From positions 32,001 through 96,000 of IMG/VR virus record IMGVR_UViG_3300002052_000002: DNA of 64,000 nt, one strand, 5' to 3'. Made by a program: the position numbers and the translations under genes. Positions 6,923-16,498 of the stretch are shown here, one piece after another. The stretch comes from a virus. How positions within the stretch are numbered: position 1 is the stretch's first letter; the number at the start of each line of letters is the position of its first letter. A model generated the notes under the pieces. It searched no databases. It saw only the letters and a list, made by a program, of their open reading frames with translations, and was not told where the DNA came from.

Positions 6923-7228
6923 ATGGGAGAGTGTAAAAAATGTGGTGAGTGCTGTAAATGGGTTTATATTTCCTCTCTAAAAACTCCTGAGATAGATGAT
7001 GAATGGTGCAAAGGCAGAGGAATCATCTATGATATAAAAGGAGCCTATATTATATTTAAGATACCCTTAAAATGTAAATATCTTACAGAGGATAACCTAT
7101 GTAGCATACATGATCATAAGCCTGACGTATGTAATAGCTTCCCAGAAAAAACACATAGGTTTTTAATCCCAGAGGAGTGTAGGTATTATGACGCCCCAAT
7201 ACCAGAAGTACCAGAAACGGCTGATTAA
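6923..7228 (+). CDS. YkgJ-family cysteine-cluster (Zn/Fe-S) protein
   Basis: CKKCGECC...CKYL...CSIHDHKPDVCNSFP. Confidence 0.85.
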   Translation: MGECKKCGECCKWVYISSLKTPEIDDEWCKGRGIIYDIKGAYIIFKIPLKCKYLTEDNLCSIHDHKPDVCNSFPEKTHRFLIPEECRYYDAPIPEVPETAD

Positions 7229-7982
7229 GATATGCGGAGAACGTGGCTACTGGATGAAGGTCTTGGGATTCGTAGGCGATAAGCCTATATGGTTTGTTAG
7301 TATAGATGGTCCTATAGACCAATCAGAAATGTCCCCTTCAAGCCAAGTACCTAAGATACTAGTTGTGGCAGGATTTCATGGGGAGGAAAAAGCGGGTCCT
7401 TGGGCCATCCTGGAATGGCTAGCAACTTATGAAGTAGAGGACGCCACCTATATCTCTGTAATACCAGTTGTTAATCCAACGGCATTTAATCTAGGTAAGC
7501 GTTATAATACATGGGGAGAACGAAGCAATGCAGGATTTAGAGGAAGGGACGGTCTTTCAGAAGAAGGCAAGATTCTTATGGCTAATAAGGACCTTATATT
7601 GGACTGCGCTCATAATGGCATGCTATCTCTCCACGAAGATATAACATGTCCAGATTATTATGCATATACATTTGAAAAGTCTAAAGAGCCAGGTAAATTT
7701 ACTTGTGGGCTCCTAGATGAATTATCTAAGCATTTTGAGAAACCAGCGAATAACGAAACAATTTATACAGATGCAGAGAATCCTGGCCCTTATATAGTGA
7801 ATGGCTTAGTATATAAACATAAAGATGGATCATTTGAGGACTGGCTTTTCCACGAGGGAGTAGCCAGAACGGCAGTAACGGAAACGCCGGGCAAGAGAAT
7901 TCAGTTACAACGGCGGATTAAGGCCAATGTAGATATTATTAATAGATTCATAGAGTTGTGTACGGAGACCTGTAATGAATAG
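7188..7982 (+). CDS. M14-family metallo-carboxypeptidase / succinylglutamate desuccinylase-like
   Basis: GFHGEE, PVVNP, RYN, LSLHED and C-terminal TETP motifs. Confidence 0.85.
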   Translation: MTPQYQKYQKRLIKICGERGYWMKVLGFVGDKPIWFVSIDGPIDQSEMSPSSQVPKILVVAGFHGEEKAGPWAILEWLATYEVEDATYISVIPVVNPTAFNLGKRYNTWGERSNAGFRGRDGLSEEGKILMANKDLILDCAHNGMLSLHEDITCPDYYAYTFEKSKEPGKFTCGLLDELSKHFEKPANNETIYTDAENPGPYIVNGLVYKHKDGSFEDWLFHEGVARTAVTETPGKRIQLQRRIKANVDIINRFIELCTETCNE

Positions 7983-8160
7983 GATACAAATTGATGCGAG
8001 ATTGTCTAATAAAAAGACTTTTGTTCCCAGAAACTGTGAGGTTTGCCCAATGTTGGCATGTGGCATGGTAGATTGGTGTAACTATTATAATAAGCGCATA
8101 GATGTACCAGATTCTAAGCCAGATTTTTGTGAAGTGAAATCTATTATAGTGGAGGAATAA
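7975..8160 (+). CDS. small Cys-rich protein
   Basis: PRNCEVCP...KPDFC. Confidence 0.65.
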   Translation: MNRIQIDARLSNKKTFVPRNCEVCPMLACGMVDWCNYYNKRIDVPDSKPDFCEVKSIIVEE

Positions 8161-8161
8161 T

Positions 8162-8455
8162 ATGTCAGAGGAGATGGCACAGAAAAAGAAAGAAGAAGAG
8201 GAAGCTATAGAAGCGGCTAAGGAAGAGTGGAAAGAATCCATGAAGCATGATATATGCCCAAGCTGCGGTACTAAAACTATAAATTTTCCTGATAAGTGGA
8301 CCAAGTTAACGAATTGCCAAGGGTTTTTAATGCTTGGTGCTTTAGTTTGCCCTAATTGTGGTATACTATTTGTTCCTCTTTCAATTAGAAAGATGATGAT
8401 AGAGGATATTAGAAAGACCATAGAATCTCCTAGTCGTATAGTATTAGCAGGATAA
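8162..8455 (+). CDS. zinc-ribbon protein
   Basis: CPSCG...CPNCG. Confidence 0.75.
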   Translation: MSEEMAQKKKEEEEAIEAAKEEWKESMKHDICPSCGTKTINFPDKWTKLTNCQGFLMLGALVCPNCGILFVPLSIRKMMIEDIRKTIESPSRIVLAG

Positions 8456-8458
8456 TAT

Positions 8459-8707
8459 ATGAGAGATAATCATAGAGAAACAGTAATTCTACCATCAGAC
8501 TTTGAGGAATGGGAATCCGCTCGGAATGGTGAAAGTTATACAAAAAGAAGAAGTGGCTATATTAAAATCTATACCCCAGAAGAGGTTATAGAATTTGCCA
8601 AAATTCATCCAGAAACAGTCCTTTCATTTGGTGCGTGGAAGGCTGAGCGGGATCGTAAAAATCTAGTAGATTCAGCTAGTTGTATCTTGCCGTGGAATCG
8701 GAGTTGA
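8459..8707 (+). CDS. hypothetical protein
   Basis: ORF track. Confidence 0.6.
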   Translation: MRDNHRETVILPSDFEEWESARNGESYTKRRSGYIKIYTPEEVIEFAKIHPETVLSFGAWKAERDRKNLVDSASCILPWNRS

Positions 8708-8713
8708 TGTCAT

Positions 8714-9040
8714 GTGAGCGAAACATGCGAGCTTTGTACAAGTTGTCCACATAGGGATTATTGCAGTTCTCTATGTCCAGAAGCAGAACTATATGTAAAG
8801 CAAGATGAAGCCCCCCAGAATGAGCTTACCATAGGCGTTCCCACATATGGCAGATGGCCTGATTCAAAAGAGAAAGCCCTATTTACTAAACGAGAGAAAG
8901 AAGTTCTCTCACGCCTAATCGACGGGAAATCAAGAGAAGAAATTGTACAAGAGCTTGATATCACTCTAGAAAATCTACGAGATATTATTAGAAGAATACG
9001 CAGAAAGCGTGAGAAAATTATACCCAAGATAGATGGGTGA
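8714..9040 (+). CDS. LuxR/sigma region-4 type HTH regulator with Cys-rich N-terminus
   Basis: FTKREKEVLSRLIDGKSREEIVQELDIT...; CTSCPHRDYCSSLC. Confidence 0.8.
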   Translation: MSETCELCTSCPHRDYCSSLCPEAELYVKQDEAPQNELTIGVPTYGRWPDSKEKALFTKREKEVLSRLIDGKSREEIVQELDITLENLRDIIRRIRRKREKIIPKIDG

Positions 9041-9250
9041 CTATGCGCCCACATAGAACTCCTTGGGCCTAGCACAGACTAATATAGAGCCGGAAGCGGT
9101 GGGATAACGTATATATGGGGACCCTGCCTTATATATTATGGCTACAACAGTTATCGTTATATATGGTTGCAGAGGAACAACGAATATTCTTCCAGCACGT
9201 CTGGAGAAAGATATAAAACCACGTCCAAAGAAAGGCGGGAGGAAGTAATT

Positions 9251-9415
9251 ATGCCGTATAGGATTGAGAAGCAAGGCGGGAGATACGCCATCATTAATAA
9301 AGAAACAGGCAAAGTTGTTGGACATTCCGATTCTCTAGAGAAAGCCAAAGCTTCCGTAAGAGCCAGGTTGGCTGGAGAGCATGGATGGAAGCCAACTGGT
9401 AAGAAAAGGAGTTAA
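9251..9415 (+). CDS. small basic phage protein
   Basis: MPYRIEK...; GGGAGG RBS. Confidence 0.7.
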   Translation: MPYRIEKQGGRYAIINKETGKVVGHSDSLEKAKASVRARLAGEHGWKPTGKKRS

Positions 9416-9416
9416 T

Positions 9417-9644
9417 ATGGCAGAGAGATTGGAAAATCTAACTCCAGAGGAAGAGAAGCATGTTGAAAGAGTTATGAATCTCTTTAATAGGAGACGGCTC
9501 CGTTCCTCCGATGGAGAAACTGTTACGGATAGAAGTAAAGCCCTAGCTATCGCTTATTCAGAAGTTAGAGCTAAAAGAGCCCACGGTGGGTTCGAAGAAA
9601 GAACATGGAAAGGACGCAAAAGACTGCGCCCCAAGAAAGCTTAA
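9417..9644 (+). CDS. small basic phage protein
   Basis: LRSSDG.TVTDRSKALAIAYSE motif; AAGGAG RBS. Confidence 0.7.
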   Translation: MAERLENLTPEEEKHVERVMNLFNRRRLRSSDGETVTDRSKALAIAYSEVRAKRAHGGFEERTWKGRKRLRPKKA

Positions 9645-9658
9645 GGAGTGATGTATTA

Positions 9659-9868
9659 ATGTCAGATCAAGCTGCATTTGGACCCAGTGGTGGGGAATCT
9701 GATGTGAAAGTGCCTGAGAATAAGGCCCCTGGTTGCAAAACTAAGAGCTCAATGGATGTTGTAATGGTTCCTGATAATCCGAAAGAACCAACTCAAGGTA
9801 GGCCAAGCGAAGGTATCGATTTACAGAAACAATCTGAGGATTTCACTGACCCTCTTTGTTTAGGGTAA
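9659..9868 (+). CDS. hypothetical protein
   Basis: AAGGAGTGA RBS. Confidence 0.6.
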   Translation: MSDQAAFGPSGGESDVKVPENKAPGCKTKSSMDVVMVPDNPKEPTQGRPSEGIDLQKQSEDFTDPLCLG

Positions 9869-9882
9869 AGTGATATAGTGTT

Positions 9883-10083
9883 ATGGATATAACAACTAAG
9901 AAGGCCAATAGACCAAAGTCTGAAAAATTAGATCCGTCTACCCTTATGGACTCTGGCAGGATAGCACATCCTCCTAGGTTAAAACGACCCGATGATGCTC
10001 CTCTTAGAGAAACTTTAGGTAGAGAAGTGTTTATTAAAGGGACACCTCCTAAGGTGTTAGAGGTTGTGATCAAGTCTGAGTGA
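9883..10083 (+). CDS. hypothetical protein
   Basis: ORF track. Confidence 0.55.
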   Translation: MDITTKKANRPKSEKLDPSTLMDSGRIAHPPRLKRPDDAPLRETLGREVFIKGTPPKVLEVVIKSE

Positions 10084-10600
10084 TACCGCTATTGATGTTG
10101 AAGTTATAGAAGATATCGAAGACGATGGAGAAGAAAGTTCTCCTCGTGCACCTTATTTAAAAACATTAAGTCCAGAAGAAGCAAAATTCGTACAGCTAGT
10201 TGGAGCTGAAGGATATACTCTTGCGGATGCATATAGAGAAGTATATCCTGAGCGTGCATCTTCAAAATGGTTGGGAAGGTACGCTTCCAAATTAGCAAAA
10301 TCACCTAGAATTAGAGAACAGATAGAGCTCCTGCAGCAAGCTGTACGGGCTCATTTTGTTATTATGGCCCCAAAGGCCGCGGATCGTATAGAAGAGTTGG
10401 CAGAAACTGCCAAAAGTGAAAAGGTTAAACTCGCTGCTAATCAGGAGATCCTGAGGCAGGGTGGAATAACTCCACCTCAAAGAGTAGAAAGCATACATAT
10501 AGGTATTTTTGGAAATGCATCTGCTGAGGATATGCGAAATGTGGTAAGAGCTAAGATCGCAGAGGCAAAATATGATGAAACTGGGAGGTTGATTGACTAA
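10076..10600 (+). CDS. terS: terminase small subunit (probable CTG start)
   Basis: Frame of ORF 10271-10600 is open back to 10070 and adds LSPEEAKFVQL...TLADAYREVYP...ASKLAKSPRI, a TerS-type HTH. Confidence 0.7.
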   Translation: MSDTAIDVEVIEDIEDDGEESSPRAPYLKTLSPEEAKFVQLVGAEGYTLADAYREVYPERASSKWLGRYASKLAKSPRIREQIELLQQAVRAHFVIMAPKAADRIEELAETAKSEKVKLAANQEILRQGGITPPQRVESIHIGIFGNASAEDMRNVVRAKIAEAKYDETGRLID

Positions 10601-10977
10601 TGCCAAGTTACGGGCGAAAAAAGCACTCTTTTAGTTTTGCAGCAACTGGAACTTCGTACGTAGATTGGGATATTGATTTTGTGAATTGGTTGTTCCATTC
10701 CTGGGTCGTGCAGGTACCCACATTTTCAGGGGATACTACTTCTAATTCTGGTTGTTCTGGAATCAATATATCAATTATAGATGAAGACGGATATGTGCTG
10801 TATACAAGTACCGAGTATCCTTCAGCAGGAACAGTAGTAGTGACTGGTATGGATTCGCTTATGGGCGCTGGAAGAGAGATTACTATCCGTGCACAACTAG
10901 CCGGAGGATCAACGATAGTTGAAGTTCCACATCCTGAAGCAAATGCTGATGTCATATTAGTACTTTATATCTGGTAA
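10600..10977 (+). CDS. hypothetical beta-rich protein, possibly virion-associated
   Basis: ORF track; TAATG coupling. Confidence 0.65.
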   Translation: MPSYGRKKHSFSFAATGTSYVDWDIDFVNWLFHSWVVQVPTFSGDTTSNSGCSGINISIIDEDGYVLYTSTEYPSAGTVVVTGMDSLMGAGREITIRAQLAGGSTIVEVPHPEANADVILVLYIW

Positions 10978-10983
10978 AAGATT

Positions 10984-11727
10984 ATGGGCATGCGAACGTA
11001 TTATGATGAAGATGAAGTAGCACACAAGGTCTCCATCATACGGAGGCATCGTAGTGGTGTAAGCTTCATACCAACAAATATTAGTGGATGTATACTTTGG
11101 CTTCGTTCTGACCTTGGTATAACAATGGATGGTTCTAATCGTGTTAGTAAATGGGCAGACCAGAGTGGAATTGGAAATGATTTCTCTCAGTCTATAGATG
11201 CCAATAAGTTTGTCTGGACTGACAGTGAGTTAAATGGGTATCCAGGACTTATAGCAGATGGTTCAAGTGATGAGATGCATTGCGTAGGATTTACGTATAT
11301 GCAGCCGATTGATTTTTACATGGTTGTAAAACAGATATCTTGGACTTCAACCGATAGGATTATGGGAGATACGGCGGCCCATGGCTATGCTTTTAATATA
11401 GCACAATTGCTGGTCGGGTCTCCTGATATTGCCATTTACTCTGGTACGGATTGGGTTTGCGTTAATAGTGATTTAACGGTTGGAAGCTATAAATTACTCC
11501 AGGCAACATTTAACGGGGCTTCATCTCTAACCAGGGTGAACGGAGGTTCACCTGTAACTGGAAATCCTGGGGTTGTGGGTTCAACAGACCTTTGGCTTGC
11601 AAGTATTGATGGGGCAAATCATGGAAATATTAGTTTTGTAGAGATCGTTGCGTACAACTCAGCCATTGGTGACAGTGACCGAATAAATTTACAAAATTAT
11701 TTCAACGGAAAATACATAATTTATTAA
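10984..11727 (+). CDS. LamG/concanavalin A-like lectin-fold protein
   Basis: LWLRSDLGIT...VSKWADQSG; C-terminal EIVAYNSAI...YFNGKY. Confidence 0.75.
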   Translation: MGMRTYYDEDEVAHKVSIIRRHRSGVSFIPTNISGCILWLRSDLGITMDGSNRVSKWADQSGIGNDFSQSIDANKFVWTDSELNGYPGLIADGSSDEMHCVGFTYMQPIDFYMVVKQISWTSTDRIMGDTAAHGYAFNIAQLLVGSPDIAIYSGTDWVCVNSDLTVGSYKLLQATFNGASSLTRVNGGSPVTGNPGVVGSTDLWLASIDGANHGNISFVEIVAYNSAIGDSDRINLQNYFNGKYIIY

Positions 11728-11751
11728 AAGTAGGAGATATGCAATATACTA

Positions 11752-12474
11752 ATGAGACTCCCACGAAGTAAGATTGAATCACCGTATATAGCTAAAGCAG
11801 TAAAAAGATACCGTCCTGGTGGCTTTATGCCCACGCAATTTGATGGATGTATCCTTTGGCTGCGTGCTGATTTGGGGATAACAATTGATGTAGGAGTATC
11901 AGAATGGAAAAATCAAGCAGCAGATAATCTTCATCCTGTTCAAGCAAATACAGATTATCAACCAACTGTACATAATAATGCGATTAATGGGCATGCTGCT
12001 ATCCAATTTGATGGCACTGATGATTATCTTCAATGTACTGATACATTAGCACAGCCGTATATTTATTATATAGTATTAAACCATATAACTTATGAATTTT
12101 CAGATTATATATATGCGGGAGCAGGATTATCTAATGCAGGTAATATAATTACCTGGACAAATTACTATTTACATTCAGGATCCTCCGTTGATACTGGTAT
12201 AAATGCATCTAGTAAATCTGGTGTATGGGTTATACTTTCTGTGTTATATAATGGAGCAAATTCTAAATTTCGATTAAATAATGGAGAATGGGTAACGAGT
12301 CTTGATCCTGGAACAGATGCTGGTGGAGGAGTTACTCTTGGTGGGTATCCTCCTGCTAGTAACTGGGCTAATGTAGAATATGCAGAAGCCATTACTTATC
12401 TTGAAGATAAAACTATATTAGGAGAAGATTCTATAATTTTAAATTATCTTAATTCAAGATACGCAATATATTAA
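11752..12474 (+). CDS. LamG/concanavalin A-like protein, paralog of the preceding gene
   Basis: LWLRADLGIT, FDGTDDYL, YLNSRY. Confidence 0.75.
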   Translation: MRLPRSKIESPYIAKAVKRYRPGGFMPTQFDGCILWLRADLGITIDVGVSEWKNQAADNLHPVQANTDYQPTVHNNAINGHAAIQFDGTDDYLQCTDTLAQPYIYYIVLNHITYEFSDYIYAGAGLSNAGNIITWTNYYLHSGSSVDTGINASSKSGVWVILSVLYNGANSKFRLNNGEWVTSLDPGTDAGGGVTLGGYPPASNWANVEYAEAITYLEDKTILGEDSIILNYLNSRYAIY

Positions 12475-12489
12475 AAAGGAGTGATATTA

Positions 12490-12606
12490 ATGATAACAGC
12501 ATTTTTGATTGGTGTAGGAATTGGTATTGGTGCAGGAGCATTTGGGCTCTATTTAGCGATTAAGAGAAGGATTATATCTGTTAAGATAGATGAGCCTTCA
12601 AATTAA
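12490..12606 (+). CDS. small membrane peptide (38 aa), not in ORF track
   Basis: MITAFLIGVGIGIGAGAFGLYLAIKRR...; AAGGAGTGA RBS. Confidence 0.65.
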   Translation: MITAFLIGVGIGIGAGAFGLYLAIKRRIISVKIDEPSN

Positions 12607-12619
12607 GGAGTGAAAGTTA

Positions 12620-13201
12620 GTGGACTTACTCAATATATTACAAGGAAGGCAATCTATATGGGCACCCCAAATGCCACAACCACTTCCTGAATGGCCTCAA
12701 CTTCCTGGCCCAAGAAGTCCAGAACCGACAGAAGGAGCAGAAAGAGGAAGAGGAGGTTGGGCGGATTACTTTCAAGGACGAGTTTCAGATTGGGTACAAA
12801 GGCAACGGGAAAGAATGAATATGCTAAGAGGTATGCCAATACCTCAGCCATTACAATTCAGTCCACAGATTCCGCCATTTGGTGGGACCCAACCGATACC
12901 ATTGATGCAATTTGGTGGACGGCTCATGCCAGGACAAACTGGGATAGTCGGGGAAGCTGGAAGACCTGAAATGGTAACTGCTGGACAAGGAGGAGCAAGA
13001 GTTACTCCGATGATGCCTCAGCAAGGATTAGTTCCTCCCACAGGACAAGGACCAAATTGGGCGGAGTTGTTACCATTTATTTTGATGGCCCTACAACAGC
13101 TACAGCAAGGTGGAATCGGAGGACTTGGACAGCCTAATTGGGGGATGCCGAGACAGATGACTGGCACGCCAAATATATCGCCTCCAACGCGATCTAGGTA
13201 A
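12620..13201 (+). CDS. Pro/Gln/Gly-rich protein
   Basis: ORF track; GG...IVGEAGRPE motif. Confidence 0.7.
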   Translation: MDLLNILQGRQSIWAPQMPQPLPEWPQLPGPRSPEPTEGAERGRGGWADYFQGRVSDWVQRQRERMNMLRGMPIPQPLQFSPQIPPFGGTQPIPLMQFGGRLMPGQTGIVGEAGRPEMVTAGQGGARVTPMMPQQGLVPPTGQGPNWAELLPFILMALQQLQQGGIGGLGQPNWGMPRQMTGTPNISPPTRSR

Positions 13202-13204
13202 TTT

Positions 13205-14614
13205 ATGGAATATGATGTCACGACCGAACAAAAGCTAAGATCTTTTGAGAAGTTGTTTAATTACAGACCTAATAATTTGAAATTGGCAAATATGCATAAG
13301 AGCGATTCCAAGACTCGTTTGATTCTTGGAGGTAAAAGGTCTGGCAAAACAACTTTTGGAGTCGTAGAGTGTGCATGGGCTGGATTAGGAATACACCCGT
13401 ATTTGAGTTATCCAGAGCCTCCACTGAACATCCGAATTTGTACCACTTCATTGACATCAGGAATAAAGGGAATCATTCTTCCTATGTTATATGATTGGAT
13501 TCCCAAACATGCCATAAAGAAATATTGGGCAGACGACCATATCCTAGAATTAGTGAATGGTACTTTATTCGATCTCAAATCCTACGAAATGGATTTGGAT
13601 AAGTTTGAAGGTGTCGCAAGGCACTTGGTATGGATGGATGAGGAGCCTCCCAAAGCTATCTATCAATCAAATCAATTGCGTACTATCGCAGCGGATTTAG
13701 GAATGGGCGAGATGGGAGGAAAGTTATTAATAACTTGTACTCCATTATACGGCATGACATGGTTATATTCTGACCTCTACGACAATACGGAGGCCAAGCC
13801 ACCTATTGTCGAACACTGTCATGTTACAATATTTGAGAATCCGACATTGCCTTTAGCCGCCATAGAAGCTGTAAAGAAAGATCCTGCTATGAAGGATAAT
13901 CTTGAGGCAGCCCTGTATGGGCGATTCTTCTCCAGATCTGGCCTTGTTTATCCAGAATTTGGGGATAGAAATTTAATGAAGCCAATAACAGAAATTCCTG
14001 ATGATTGGCTAGTTGTAATGGGAATAGATCCTTCTGGAGGTAGACACCCACATGGTGTTGTATTCTGCGGACTTACGAAAAGCAATATATGGGTTGTTTT
14101 TGATGAGGTACTTCAGACAGGGACTATTGATGAGTTGGTTAAAGAGATACAGAAAAGGCTCGGAAAAAGATTCCCGCCAAACTTAGTGGTGATGGATACT
14201 TCTGGCAAAGCGAAGCAAACTATCTCTGGAAAGAGTATTAAGGATATATTAGAAGCCCCTCCATACCGTTTGTACATAGAAGATGCGAGTAAGGATATTG
14301 AGGCGGGGCGACTGACAATGACTCAGTTATTGGATCCTGGCAAAATGCCTGATGGTAAGTTAATGGAGCCGAAATTATATGTCACTGAGAATTGCCACAA
14401 CTTGAAGCGAGAATTCAGAAACTATATATGGGATAACTGGACTCCAAAGAAAGCGGATAAGTCGGACCCAAAGGAAAGACCGCTAAAGAAAGATGATCAC
14501 TTGTTGGATGCTCTACGTTATGTCGTTATGCTTAACATTGTGTACCGACATCCAAAAATGACGTACAAACCAAAGCTTCCACAAGATGCTAGTAGGGTGA
14601 CGGGATATTTCTAA
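13205..14614 (+). CDS. terL: terminase large subunit
   Basis: Walker A GGKRSGKT, Walker B VWMDEE, TCTP coupling motif, nuclease GIDP and DHLLDALRY. Confidence 0.95.
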   Translation: MEYDVTTEQKLRSFEKLFNYRPNNLKLANMHKSDSKTRLILGGKRSGKTTFGVVECAWAGLGIHPYLSYPEPPLNIRICTTSLTSGIKGIILPMLYDWIPKHAIKKYWADDHILELVNGTLFDLKSYEMDLDKFEGVARHLVWMDEEPPKAIYQSNQLRTIAADLGMGEMGGKLLITCTPLYGMTWLYSDLYDNTEAKPPIVEHCHVTIFENPTLPLAAIEAVKKDPAMKDNLEAALYGRFFSRSGLVYPEFGDRNLMKPITEIPDDWLVVMGIDPSGGRHPHGVVFCGLTKSNIWVVFDEVLQTGTIDELVKEIQKRLGKRFPPNLVVMDTSGKAKQTISGKSIKDILEAPPYRLYIEDASKDIEAGRLTMTQLLDPGKMPDGKLMEPKLYVTENCHNLKREFRNYIWDNWTPKKADKSDPKERPLKKDDHLLDALRYVVMLNIVYRHPKMTYKPKLPQDASRVTGYF

Positions 14615-14922
14615 TGCTTACAGGAAGAAATCCAGATACAGGAGAATTTCAGGAAGTATCAGTTACTAGTGGTGGAGAAGTCTTAATAACAGGAGACATT
14701 GAAGCCGCTGCTGGCCCTACTGATGTGTATAAAGCGTCGGATATAGATGAGGGAACTACTAGCTATTTTGGTTTTATTGATGCGGATGGAAATTGGTATA
14801 TTTTGAAACTAACTGATACTCAAGCACGATATGCCGTTGGTACACCCCCAACATCCGCTTATACTGATGCCTGGACTGCTAGAGCTAGTCTAACTTATTA
14901 TTATTTTTATGAGGTGTTTTAA
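14614..14922 (+). CDS. hypothetical virion-associated protein
   Basis: ORF track; WTARASLTY C-terminal motif. Confidence 0.7.
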   Translation: MLTGRNPDTGEFQEVSVTSGGEVLITGDIEAAAGPTDVYKASDIDEGTTSYFGFIDADGNWYILKLTDTQARYAVGTPPTSAYTDAWTARASLTYYYFYEVF

Positions 14923-16482
14923 TTGGCAACACCAAGCTATACGACAGGATTAACAGGATTACTTCTTGAAATGCCAAGTACTTCAGGGTGGACAGCCCTT
15001 GGTGGTGGAGCTGGTGCATTAAATGCTCCTGAGACCGATGTTTTTATCCAAGGAGCAAATTGCATTGATAAAGGTTATTGGTCATCTGCCATTAAAGGTA
15101 TGATCTATAATATGGGATCTGACCAAGCTATTCCTGCTGACAATGCCCTTTACATATGGTTCCAATATACCGCTCCTCCTTCATTAGATACAGAAGCTAA
15201 TGGTGGAATCCGAGTAATAATTGGAAGTGGAACTGGTGATTATAATTATTGGTATGTAAAAGGGAAAGATACTTATACTTACGGTGGCTGGTTTTGTGCT
15301 GTAGTAGATCCTACTATCACTCCTGATAGTGCAGTTGGTTCTCCAACAGGTGCTCATCAATATTTTGGTGGAGTAGCAAATCTCCCTGGAGATGGTCCTA
15401 GTAAAGGGTATCCTTGGTGTATAGATGCTTTTAGATACGGAAGAGACTTTTATATAGGGAATGGAGAAGATGGAGACGAAGCTACTTTTGCGGGAGCAGC
15501 GGCTACAAATGATTTATCTGGAAATAGGTATGGACAATTCCAGGCAATAGATGGTGGATATTTAATGCAGTGCCGCCTAGTTATTGGGACTGCGACTTCT
15601 GCTGTGTATTTTGAGGATGCAAATACTCAAGTAATTATAGCCAATACTAAAAGAGTTTGTGCTGATTTTAATAAACTCGAAGTTAATAATGCTTCAAGTT
15701 ATGTATCTTGGACAGCAATTTCATTCTTAGCTCTTGGAACAGTTTCAAGAGGTGATTTTGAAGCGGTAGATGACGCTGATATAAATATAGATTCCTGTAC
15801 TTTTACGGATATGGGAACCTTCCTATTTAAAAGCAATAGTGCAATCGATAACACTACCTTTAGACGATGCGGCCAGGTTACACAGAATTCAGCTGAATTT
15901 GGTGGATGTATATTTGCTAATTCTTATGCTGCAATAGCTTTGTGTGCCAATGATCCCTCAAAACTTACTGATTGCTCGTGGACTTCAACTGGAACTGGTC
16001 ATGGTATTGAATTTACTACTACAGGTGAATACACATTCAATGGAAATTCATTCAGTAATTATGGAGCAGATGAAACAACTGATGCGGCCATCTATAATAA
16101 TTCAGGTGGGCTAATCACTCTAAACATTGGTGGTGGAGGGGATGGTAGTCCGACAGTTCGAAATGGATCAGGAGCCTCTACAGTACTTTGTGCTGGATTA
16201 GTCACATTAACATTAACAAACGTGTTCTCTGGCAGTGACGTAAGGATTTTCGACCAAGCTGGACCACCTCCAAATATCTTAGCTTCGGCAGATCCTTTTA
16301 CTGCAGCTGGATCAACAGGGAATTTCGAATATTCTTATACATATTCTCCTGATACATATGTGGATGTTGTAATTCATAAAGAAGATAAACAATGGTATTT
16401 TATTAACGATTATTTATTGGGGAATGCAGATGCTAGCATCCCAATTTCCCAGTTAACTGATAGACAATACACAAACCCTTAA
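14923..16482 (+). CDS. putative virion structural protein with beta-helix-like segment
   Basis: 519 aa, Gly/Ser/Thr-rich, repeated xCxF turns. Confidence 0.7.
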   Translation: MATPSYTTGLTGLLLEMPSTSGWTALGGGAGALNAPETDVFIQGANCIDKGYWSSAIKGMIYNMGSDQAIPADNALYIWFQYTAPPSLDTEANGGIRVIIGSGTGDYNYWYVKGKDTYTYGGWFCAVVDPTITPDSAVGSPTGAHQYFGGVANLPGDGPSKGYPWCIDAFRYGRDFYIGNGEDGDEATFAGAAATNDLSGNRYGQFQAIDGGYLMQCRLVIGTATSAVYFEDANTQVIIANTKRVCADFNKLEVNNASSYVSWTAISFLALGTVSRGDFEAVDDADINIDSCTFTDMGTFLFKSNSAIDNTTFRRCGQVTQNSAEFGGCIFANSYAAIALCANDPSKLTDCSWTSTGTGHGIEFTTTGEYTFNGNSFSNYGADETTDAAIYNNSGGLITLNIGGGGDGSPTVRNGSGASTVLCAGLVTLTLTNVFSGSDVRIFDQAGPPPNILASADPFTAAGSTGNFEYSYTYSPDTYVDVVIHKEDKQWYFINDYLLGNADASIPISQLTDRQYTNP

Positions 16483-16498
16483 GGAGGTTGAATAAACT

